The position numbers and the translations under genes were made by a program. The notes beneath the pieces were generated by a model. It had not been told where the DNA came from. It saw nothing but the letters and a program-made list of their open reading frames with translations, and did not search any database. From Octopus sinensis (taxonomy: Eukaryota), in contig NW_021826075.1 of assembly GCF_006345805.1 (NCBI RefSeq), positions 1 through 14,213 on the forward strand: 14,213 bases of DNA, read 5' to 3'. This document shows, in pieces, positions 1-9,894 of the stretch. The first letter of the stretch is position 1, and each line of letters begins with the position of its first letter.

Positions 1-340
1 ATACATACAATATACATATGCATATATATATATATATACATACACATATATATTTATATAAATATATGTATATATATGTGTATGTGTTTGTATTTCTGAA
101 TGTCTGTGTAGGTGTGTGGTTGTATTCCCCTCCGTAAATGTGCATATAAATCAGAGAGTGAAACAGAACAGCAAGATAGGGCGAGAGACAAACAAGCAAT
201 AATTACATCGGGCTATTATTAGCTTTAGGATCCTGGAGAAATGATTGGCTTTCTAAATCAAAATGTATATTTGTCTTATCCATATAAAATATTCTCTTTT
301 TTCATAAGAACGACACTAATCAGTTGTTTATGCATAGGGT

Positions 341-347
341 ATCTATA

Positions 348-427
<80 letters not shown>

Positions 428-512
428 TAGTACATATATTATATATATAATAATCATTTCCAAGTATGTTATGAATATGTATAGATATCCATACATATAT
501 TTATATATATAC

Positions 513-549
<37 letters not shown>

Positions 550-640
550 TATGTATATATATATATTATATATATGTATATACCTATCTATCTCACTCTT
601 CCTCTCTCTCTCTCTGTATATATATATATATATATATATA
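341..640. repeat. Compound microsatellite: (TATC)n, then (TA)n, interrupted TA and a short (CT)n
   Basis: Directly visible; near-perfect (TA)n at ~377-425. Confidence 0.95.
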
Positions 641-723
641 ATAATGCACAAGGACATCAAGATGAATATGCCGAAAATCTACGTATATATGCATATATTT
701 CTTTCTCTGTGTCTGCATATCTA

Positions 724-750
724 TGTGTGTGTGTGTGAGAGAGAGAGAGA

Positions 751-814
<64 letters not shown>
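724..814. repeat. (GT)n-(GA)n-(GT)n microsatellite
   Basis: Perfect GT tract at ~753-814, preceded by GA at ~737-750. Confidence 0.97.
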
Positions 815-817
<3 letters not shown>

Positions 818-1378
818 TGTAAATACATATACTGTGGGACAGCGAAAGAGATGGAGAGCTAGAAAGGCAGATAAACAGGTTGGATTGAGACGTATATTTA
901 CATGGAGCACAAAATATAGATTACAGAATAAAGACAAAAAAAAATTAATATATATGTATATATATATAATATGTATATATATATATATATACATGTATAT
1001 ATATATATATATAATATATATATATACACACACATATAGATACATATGTACTGACACAGGTGAACATACAAACATACACATACACGTCCGCGTGTGTTTG
1101 TGTGTGAGTACCCTGTATTTGTGTGTGCGTGCGCGTGTGTGTATGTTTATACAGAGTGAGACTGATAGAAAAAGGGGGAAAGATCACACTCGCTCGTATA
1201 TAAGCTTATAGTCTAGATATATGTATCGAGGTATATATGTTTGTTACACACTCACACACATACACACACACACACAGCCGCACATATATTTATATATACA
1301 GTCACAGACACACAAGGTAACATATAATATACGTACATACATATATACATTTACATACATGCATGAATATACAAGTAT

Positions 1379-1410
<32 letters not shown>

Positions 1411-1470
1411 ATATATATATTTATACATTTGCATACATATATATCATATAAACACATACAAACATTTACA

Positions 1471-1563
1471 TATGTATGTATGTATGTATGTACGTATGTA
1501 TGTATGTATGTATGTATGTATGTATGTATGTATGTATGCATGTATGTATGTATGCATGTATGT
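1471..1563. repeat. (TATG)n tetranucleotide microsatellite
   Basis: About 23 units with few interruptions. Confidence 0.97.
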
Positions 1564-1854
1564 ACAGCAGATAGTAGCACCTTATCTTCACCACATATCG
1601 CTTCTCTGAGCTCGGAACACATCAAAAGAATAATAGATGAAATAAATGCATTAGCGATAATCATATAAATATATATTCCTCAACTTCCCCTCCTACACCG
1701 CCGCCTACTCCCATTAAACACCCCATGCCATATACAACCACCCTAGTACACCGTTAACGAGATAGAATCACTTCTGAACTATACACACACGCAATATATG
1801 TTGCATGATATGCATATATGCGTGTGTGTGTGTGTGAGTGTGAGTATACATATA

Positions 1855-1855
1855 T

Positions 1856-1896
<41 letters not shown>

Positions 1897-1897
1897 G

Positions 1898-1958
<61 letters not shown>

Positions 1959-1965
1959 CACATAG

Positions 1966-2013
<48 letters not shown>

Positions 2014-2068
2014 TACATAGATACAGATTAAATATATATATATATATATATATATACATAGATACAGA

Positions 2069-2111
<43 letters not shown>

Positions 2112-2142
2112 GATACAGATTATATATATATATATATATATA
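1855..2142. repeat. Higher-order repeat: (TA)n tracts punctuated by CATAGATACA(GATT)
   Basis: The motif occurs at 1893, 1961, 2016, 2057 and 2108. Confidence 0.92.
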
Positions 2143-2635
2143 GTATGTATTTCTTCCTAGCTGTCTCTTTATTTGCGTATAGATATCCATCTCTGCATGG
2201 ATCTATGCATGTGTGTTTGCAGTCTGATTGTGTGTGCGTGCGTGCGTGTGTGTGTGTGTGTAAGTGTGTGTGTGTCTTCGTGTGTGTATATTAATCTCTA
2301 TGCGTGTGCCTCTATTTATGTGTGTGTTCATCTGTATCAGGTCTGCAAGAGTCTATAACCATTGCTGTTAGATAAATGGTGGCGCGAAGTGTTTTTGTGT
2401 GAGTGTGTGTGTGTGTGTGTGTGCGGGAAAATGTGTGGCCATGTATATGTGTGTATGTGTGTTTAACTTTGCATGTATGTATATGCTTCAGCGAGTGACT
2501 TACTTCTTTTTTTCCGTTTTATCTTCTTACTATGTACGTGTGAATGTATATATGTTAGCGAATATATATATGTAACGCTTTCTACATTAACACAAATCAG
2601 TTATGTAATTATGCAATATTTATGGACATAAATAC

Positions 2636-3310
<675 letters not shown>

Positions 3311-3647
3311 TACGTAATACGTAAACATTCTCATGTCATAATCAACAAGTATGTAAGGACATACATACATATATATACATACACACACACACATATATAT
3401 ATTTATATATGCACAGTCACGCATCCACACACGTGCGTCGACTGAAAGGCACACGCACCCTCGTGCATATATATGGAAACATATAAAGATTACATGTATG
3501 TATTTTCCATTTTCCTGTGTATGAGAAAGATTCACGAAAAACTAAATTCTGACTTGTAGAACGTGTTCAAGTTTACGAGTGTATACATATTCGCATGCGT
3601 GCGTGCGTCTGTATGTGTATGTATATATATGTGTGAGTGTGTGTGTG

Positions 3648-3692
<45 letters not shown>

Positions 3693-3756
3693 AGATAGAT
3701 TGATAGATAGATGTATGCATGTATTTGTAGATATATATATGTATATATATTTATGT

Positions 3757-4061
3757 GTGGAGGCGCAATGGCCTAGTGGTTAGGGCAGCGGACTCGCGGT
3801 CGCAGGATCGCGGTTTCGATTCCCAGACCGGGCGTTGTGAGTGTTTATTGAGCGAAAACACCTAAAAGGTCCATGAGTCTCCGGCAGGGGGTGGTGATCC
3901 CTGCTGTACTCTTTCACCACTCTTTCTCCCACTCTTTCTTCTGTTGGCCTGCTCGCTTAGCCAGCGGCGTGGCGTCATTCGAAGGCTAAAACAATGCGAA
4001 CGCATTGTGACCAGCGATGTGTAACAACATCTGATGGTCTGGTCGGTCACGTGATCACGTG
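3757..4061 (+). mobile_element. tRNA-derived SINE (family A), apparently full length
   Basis: A box TGGCCTAGTGG at 3769-3779 and B box GTTTCGATTCC at 3813-3823. GC-rich body with a GTGTTTATTGAGCGAAAACAC motif and a tail of tandem TCACGTGA. Flanked by a 12-bp direct repeat ATATATTTATGT (3745-3756 and 4062-4073), a likely TSD though in low-complexity context. The head may be tRNA-Arg-like, as described for some octopus SINEs (uncertain). Confidence 0.88.
3769..3823 (+). promoter_or_regulatory. Internal RNA polymerase III type-2 promoter (A and B boxes) of SINE family A
   Basis: TGGCCTAGTGG fits TRGCNNARYGG. GTTTCGATTCC is one base from GGTTCGANNCC. Spacing is tRNA-like. Confidence 0.75.
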
Positions 4062-4092
4062 ATATATTTATGTATATAAATATATGTATATA

Positions 4093-4147
<55 letters not shown>

Positions 4148-4287
4148 AACACACACGCATACACACGCAAACACACACACATACGGTTTCTATTTAGATG
4201 TAAGCTTTGAGTTCATACACACCTGGATACGTCCACACAAGACTCATTGTTTTTTCGTGTTTTTCGATGAGAAGCAAAGAGCAGTGG

Positions 4288-4566
4288 CTATGCGAATAGC
4301 AGACCTTTGAGAATGAGACCTTTTGCGTTCCCTTGGAATCTCTGTACGTAAACATCTGCTGGAAAGATGTGAATAAGAACAGAATTCCACAGGGCTAACA
4401 TTCTGCGAAAGAAGGACTTTGACCGTAATATTAATTTGGTGATCGGGAAATCGGACACGTGAAGAGTGATGATAGAATGAAATGGTTGCTGGAGAGGGGC
4501 AAACAACAGTTAAATATAGAAAACCTTATAGTATGGATACAAAAGACTGTGACTGGAGATGTCGTA
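4288..4566 (-). pseudogene. LINE ORF2 C-terminal segment
   Basis: One frame reads YDISSHSLLYPYYKVFYI*LLFAPLQQPFHSIITLHVSDFPITKLILRSKSFFRRMLALWNSVLIHIFPADVYVQRFQGNAKGLILKGLLFA*. This matches the typical ending RDVASLSLFYRYY...SFFPRTxxLWNSLPxxxFP...LQxFK of CR1/L2/Jockey-group ORF2. It includes track ORF 4288..4506. Confidence 0.75.
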
Positions 4567-4567
4567 T

Positions 4568-4965
4568 TTACTCTTCTACTCTTTTATTTGCTTCTGTCAT
4601 TTGACTGCGGCCATGCTGGAACACCGCCTTTAGTCGAGCAAATCGACCCCAGAGCTTATTCTTTGTAAACCTTGTACTTATTCTATCTGTCTCTTTTGCT
4701 GAACCGCTAAGTTACGGTGGCGTAAACACACCAGCATCGTTTGTCAAGCGATATTTGGAGGACAAACACAGACCCACTTATATATACATATACATATATA
4801 CGACAGACTTCTTTCAGTTTCCGTCTATTAAATCCACTCACAAGGCTCTGGGTGGCCCGACGCTATAGTAGAAGACACTCGCCCAAGGTGCCACGCCGTG
4901 GGATTGAACCTGGAACCATATGTTTGGTAAGCAAGCTAATTACCACACCACCACTCCTGCGCCTA
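4568..4965 (-). mobile_element. tRNA-derived SINE (family B, copy 1) inserted in the LINE
   Basis: The minus strand starts TAGGCGCAGGAG. It has an A-box-like TGGTGGTGTGG (4953-4943), B box GGTTCAATCCC (4910-4900) and CORE/Meta-like GCGTGGCACCTTGGGCGAGTGTCTT (4896-4872). An internal TA/CA spacer is followed by a Nin-like segment (GATAGAATAAGTAC...CTGGGGTCGAT) and a tail CCAGCATGGCCGCAGTC...AAAAGAGTAGAAGAGTAA. It is colinear with the copy at 7123-7455. Confidence 0.88.
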
Positions 4966-6005
4966 TAGCCCTCCCGCGCCTACTTGATGGATACAAGTTC
5001 TTAGCATGTCCACGATTGCATTTAGAGCAATCTGTTCGTCAAGATTTTCACCGTATGGTATAGATGCTCATCGTTCCTGCAGCTGCAGCTTACCAGTATC
5101 ACGAGTGTGTGAGCAATATGACGTTGTAGGGTTAATGTAGTACAGCATAGAGAATTGTTGGTACTGGTGTGTCTTATTATACTGACAAGAAAAGCTGGTC
5201 GTTAGAATGCATCTGTGGTTGTCATAAACATGTACTTACGCCTGGGAAGATCGTCGGTGATTACGAAATCCACCAGATGGAGCAATCAGAAAGGCTCTTG
5301 TTTAAGTGAGGTTCATTAGCAAGCTGGTGGTGGGGTGAAATTCTGTTTGCTTTAAATGTATGATGTTTGTATTTTCTCGCTGCTGAAAGAGGCAAGGTCG
5401 TTATATCCACCGTTAGAAGATATTTTATTGGCCTCTGCATATTGGATGTGCGGATTTATCTCTTTCACCTGAGAAGACCACAAAACAGCGGGCATTCTTT
5501 CCTGATGACTCATAAATTTGCTAGCATCCGGTTTGTAGAGATTTCAACTGGTAGCACTTACATCAGTAAGTTGTTTACAAAATAATCCCTAAAAAATAAT
5601 CTATGACTGTCTTGTCTTCCTGGATTATACATGCACAGGAAATCTTAAAGCTAAATGAAGTATAGAGTGATCCAAATAAGTGTATTCCTTGATAAACATA
5701 GCGGCAAATACGACATTGATGCGTTGGGCTGATGGTAAGAGGGAATCGTTACCTATTCCTACAGTGTACAAGAATTGATAGATTGGATGGCAGAAAGTGC
5801 TCCGGCACAAGACACCTGGTGGTAGTGTGATATGATAAGAAGCTAACGGTCTATGAAATGACTGACGGATGTTTCGATTTGTAGGACAAGCACGATCGAA
5901 AACTTATGATATGTAGGGCGCCAACATGCACTCAATTTCTACGAGGCAAAAAGATCAGTGAGTTATTAATGAATCTATCTTGTTTAACGGGTAACATACC
6001 AGAGA
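4966..6005 (-). pseudogene. Degenerate reverse transcriptase domain of the LINE
   Basis: One stop-riddled frame from ~5642 to ~5165 reads FPVHV*...NLYKPDAS...GGYNDLASFSSEKIQTSYI*SKQNFTPPP...LLHLVDFVITDDLPRRKY...AF*RPAFL. This parallels FPINAGVPQG...HSFADDS...WGxxNLxxFNxxKTQ...LHLLGxTITxDLSW...ASQRLAFL. After frameshifts come INPTTSYCSH (IRPTLEYCSHIW-like) and AAAAGTMSIYTIR. An HRPLA (YRPI-like) motif lies near 5850. The LDxSKAFD motif was not found, so an internal deletion is likely. Confidence 0.7.
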
Positions 6006-6011
6006 CTATTA

Positions 6012-6079
6012 AAGAGAGGGAGAAGAAAGAGAAAGAGAGAGAGAGAAGGGAGAAGGGGAGAGAGAGAAAGAGAAGGAAA
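6012..6079. repeat. Polypurine (GA)-rich tract inside the LINE fossil
   Basis: A pure A/G run of ~68 nt; explains the ERERR stretch of track ORF 5906..6250. Confidence 0.92.
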
Positions 6080-7090
6080 GACATGTTGGACGCTATTGTT
6101 GTTCGGAGTTATCTTATTTACCGGAGGAAATTGCGAATTGACTGCATTAGGGTAATAGCTGAGAAGATCAGAGTGTATACAGTTCTTGGGAACTGTATAC
6201 GCTTTAACGTATTACCAGAGTTTAGGCTGAATCAAGTAGAGAAAGCCTGAAGAGAAAGGTGAGTATAACAGAAGTTCTGAAGCACGCTTAAAAGTGATCG
6301 ACTGGACATGGTTTGAACAATCGAAGGCACATTTGCTCTTGGCATGTGTATGCAATTTTGTGGGGTTAGATATGAAGAAGAATTTTCAAATCAGGAATCA
6401 ATCTTGCATGGTTTCCTCTGCAAGGATTATGGCTCATAGCATCATCTTTTTTGTAAGTTGGTCAATGAGTGTTTTGCAAATTTGGAACAAGTGTTTTTGA
6501 TAGCGGATCAAAATAATCAGCTGCATATTGAAATTAGGAAAACCTTGGGCAGTGTATGATGTAACAAACTATTTTGGGTGATTCAAATAGTAGTCTTGGG
6601 GCTGCTGAGTAGGGTTAAGGCCGTTCAGATTTTGGGGATAACTTCGATAGTCATTTTAAGCATTTCACTTTGTTGAAAAGATTCAACAAAAGTATAAATG
6701 AACCACATGGGGCACTTGAAACAATGGATATTTGTTGTCTGTGGAAACAGAAGGGAGATGTATAAAATGTAGCTACAATTAATCATTTCATTATTTCTGG
6801 TGAGCTAGTAGTGAAGTATATATGTTGCCACCAGTTGTTGGTATAAAACTGGTGCCCTACGGCCAACTAACTGGCTTAAAGTACGTTACGATATGGAAAG
6901 TTGAGGAATTGTGAAATGGGTGTATGCTGGGTGGTTCTGATATTGCAGTCACCGAATGACTCGATTGTTGACGATGTAGTTATAGATTAGCAAAATATAG
7001 GTTTGCAATTTGAAGAACATCGGAGTTGTCTGCGTGACGATTTGGGGTGAGATATATAACGGAAGAGGATTGAACATTGCGGTATCGGTG
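6080..7090 (-). pseudogene. Degenerate APE endonuclease and linker region of the LINE
   Basis: IYLTPN (IYRxPN-like), V-I-[1 nt]-GDCN (GDFN-like), FLNFPYRNVL then QLV after an indel, and PTTGGNIY (PTRGxNIL-like). Spacing is typical of LINE EN domains. The linker has an AVNSQF (FNxxF-like) segment near 6140. Highly decayed. Confidence 0.55.
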
Positions 7091-7122
7091 TTGTAGAGTC
7101 ATTCGACTAAAAAGTCTTGGGG

Positions 7123-7455
7123 TTTTAGTGGAACAAATCGACCCCAGGACTTGTTTTTAAAGCCTAATATTTATTCTATCATCTCTTTTTTCTGAACCGA
7201 TAAGTTACGCGGACGTAAACACCAACAGCGATTGTCAAGTGGTGATGGGGGTGGGGAAAAATGCAGACAAAAAGACACAAACACCCACATATACGACGGG
7301 TTTTTTTTTCCGTTTCCGTTTACCAAATCCACTGACAAGGCTTTCGTCGGTCCGAGGCTATAGTGGAAGGTACTTGTCCAATGTGACACGCAGTGTGACT
7401 GGACCCAGAGCCATTTGATAGGGAAGCAAGCTTCTTCTTATCACACACCCACGCT
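7123..7455 (-). mobile_element. tRNA-derived SINE (family B, copy 2), more diverged, 3' tail missing
   Basis: Aligns block by block with 4630-4960 on the plus strand: aaatcgacccca, ttattctatc, ctgaaccg.taagttac, gtaaacacc, ttgtcaag, atatacgac, tttccgt, aaatccact.acaaggct, ctatagt.gaag, gcaagct. Confidence 0.85.
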
Positions 7456-7560
7456 ACAATTTTATTCTTCGTCTTATACCTTGTATAATACATGCGTGTT
7501 TGTGTGCGTATGTGAGTGTATGTTCATATATGTATATGTGTGTGTGTTTCTGTATATGTA

Positions 7561-7614
<54 letters not shown>

Positions 7615-8094
7615 TATATTTACATATGCCTGTGTATTACCAAAATACAAACTTGCTTTGATAACTGAAATCTCCGTTTATGTTATTCATTTTTAGCTTG
7701 ATGGAAATTCATAAATATGTCTTTTTCAGTATTAATTACCCTTAATTTCTATTCATTCATGTTTTTCTTTCTTGCAATATAATAAGCTTTCTGTATTATT
7801 TCATTTCCTTGCTTCTGTTTGCGGTCTATCGTCTGCTATAATCATTTAAGTTATTTGAGGTATCATAAACAGAAATGATTATTGATGCAAACAATAGCAT
7901 TACAGTTTCAGATTAAGGTTAATGTATTCATGACAACTAAATTAGAAACGAAGAAACATTGCAGATGATAGCGGAAAATGCAGCATTTAAAATGGCGTCA
8001 GACATGTCAAAAAAAAGAAAAAAGCAGACGATGCATTATATACTCATGGGATAAATTTTTAAAAAATTGAGGGCAAGTGACACCTGAATGTCAT

Positions 8095-8120
8095 ATACAT
8101 ATTATATATATATATATATA

Positions 8121-8195
<75 letters not shown>

Positions 8196-8226
8196 TATAT
8201 ATATATATAATATATATATTATATAT

Positions 8227-8290
<64 letters not shown>

Positions 8291-8305
8291 AAGAGAGAGA
8301 GAGAG
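8095..8305. repeat. (TA)n-(GA)n-(TA)n-(GA)n compound microsatellite
   Basis: GA tract at ~8129-8193 between TA tracts. Confidence 0.95.
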
Positions 8306-8869
8306 ATTGTAGCATTGTAGCATATGAAGAATCCGTTATGATGCTATGTATCGATAAAAAATAACACAAATCGTTCAGACAGTGAAATACATTTTACGCC
8401 ATGACAACGGAGGAAATCTAATTTTACGGGCATGAGCCATCGCCAGAGAGATTCTTCTCTTAGCGTTAGACTTCTCTTCTTTATCATGGCATGCAATTTA
8501 TACCACCATTTGAATTATTGTCTTTTGTAAGTTATGCCATGTTGCTCTATGCTCCTTTTATGCTATTGTGTTATATAATTTAGTTTTGGAGGTGACTAAA
8601 TATTAAATGATCGTAGGAATACTGTTTTAAAATAAGAAAATATATTAGGTTTACTGGAAATGGGGTGGAAAACTGTTTCTGTAAAAACGAACAGGTTCAA
8701 CTGGCTATGCAATCACGTGGGGGATGTGAAACGATACGCCTCACATAGGCACGTGCGAATGATATTCTCGGTACGAAGTAAACCTATAGCACTCTGTCAA
8801 CTGGGATTAAAGGTAAAAGCAATCAAGGAGCACAAACGTATGCAAAGAACTGAGCTTATATTCCGCCAG

Positions 8870-8872
<3 letters not shown>

Positions 8873-8905
<33 letters not shown>
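8873..8905. repeat. Isolated (TA)n flanked by an 11-bp direct repeat
   Basis: TATTCCGCCAG at 8859-8869 and 8907-8917. Confidence 0.9.
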
Positions 8906-8909
<4 letters not shown>

Positions 8910-9894
8910 TCCGCCAGGTTAATATTTTCTTACGAGGAAGTGAATAACTCGATAACTGTTCAAGATGGGATTAAGTGACTGGGAATATTATTCATGCATT
9001 TTCGTATTAATAAGTTTTAAAAGGAAGCTTCCAATTACATCAAAATATATTTAAACGAAATTTAATGCGCAGAAAGTAATTCGCATAAAGAATTATTAAA
9101 TAATTGAAGATCCCTTATATGCTATTTTTCGCCATGCAAGTCGATGGAGAAGATAGTATAAGCATGCAGCGTAAACATTATAAAATTCTGCTGCATATCA
9201 CATAGAAATTTGTGTTATCCAAAGTCATTTTGGTGTATAAGTCTACGTTTCTGTTTTTTTAGAAATTTGAGTTGTTTTCCAGAAAATACGGTATACCCTA
9301 AAGTAAAGAAATAAATTATGCATTAAATCAAAGTTACATACGTAAATGAAGATCATTAATATGAACAAATTACACCTTTTTAAAATATTACAGGCTCCAT
9401 GTCAGCGATTTTAAGGAAATCTTTGATGAAAGTTTGAAGCCATGTTCATCGCATGGCTTCAATTAATTCCCGCATAAGTCCACACATGGCTTCAGTTCTA
9501 TCTAGATGAAGGCTCATGTGATCAAGCACTAAAAGTAGGATTAAAGATTCCGGTCTGAACAAGAGGAACAATATACACAGAGTACACATCTATCGTCTAG
9601 TAGAAATAATTTTTCAGGAAGTTCATCGCAATTACTGTGTTATAAATAACATAGCCGAGTTAGTTTGGATGTGCTAATTCATATTCGTTACAGAGGCTGC
9701 TTCTGTAGCTATAGCTAATGAGTTTGACTGATTTTGTGGTCTGGCATTCGGTGTTTGCCTAGCTATTGAAGATGATCTGCAATACAGTGAAACCACGATG
9801 CATTTTTGTATTTGTCGACTAAACAAAAATGTCTTCCCCGCAGTCTACGGCGATATAAACAACACGGATATGCTACTTAATATTCGTTCAATCG

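Larger units (their letters stand above)
4247..7090 (-). mobile_element. Decayed non-LTR retrotransposon (LINE, CR1/L2/Jockey group), near-complete ORF2 fossil, interrupted by a SINE (4568-4965) and a GA tract (~6012-6079)
   Basis: Manual minus-strand translation gives motifs in canonical order: EN (IYLTPN 7057-7040; GDCN 6953-6942; PTTGGNI from 6841), RT (FVNNLL 5581-5564; KPDA as degenerate YADD within 5543-5520; ITDDL 5261-5247; INPTTSYCSH 5136-5107) and C-terminus (SFFRRMLALWNS). There is an A-rich 3' end at 4265-4247. Many stops and frameshifts. Clade assignment comes from remembered consensus motifs, not a database search. Confidence 0.75.

Noticed and set aside
1563-1668. Short unique stretch open on both strands ([30 protein letters not shown] / [27 protein letters not shown])
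   Set aside because: No convincing splice sites and no recognisable family; open frames of this length are expected by chance.
1855-2142. CRISPR-like repeat-spacer appearance
   Set aside because: Spacers are pure TA, repeats are only 10-14 bp, there are no cas genes, and the context is eukaryotic.
3757-3835. Possible genuine tRNA gene
   Set aside because: The anticodon arm is irregular and the acceptor stem does not close. It continues into a SINE body with a TSD, so it is a tRNA-derived head only.
5290-5435. RPIKYLL...ISPHHQ read as RT YRPISL...QHGF motifs
   Set aside because: A different frame through the same bases gives a much longer, correctly ordered match to the post-YADD region, so this reading is coincidental.
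5906-6250. 114-aa ORF with a charged KEREKKEKERERR stretch
   Set aside because: It is antisense to the LINE fossil, and the charged run is simply the GA microsatellite.
7940-8053. Protein-looking frame IRNEETLQMIAENAAFKMASDMSKKRKKQTMHYILMG*
   Set aside because: Under 40 codons, with a weak acceptor, no donor and no homology I recognise.
8660-8947. 95-aa ATG-initiated ORF
   Set aside because: It runs through a TA microsatellite, has no recognisable domain, and has no supporting gene context.
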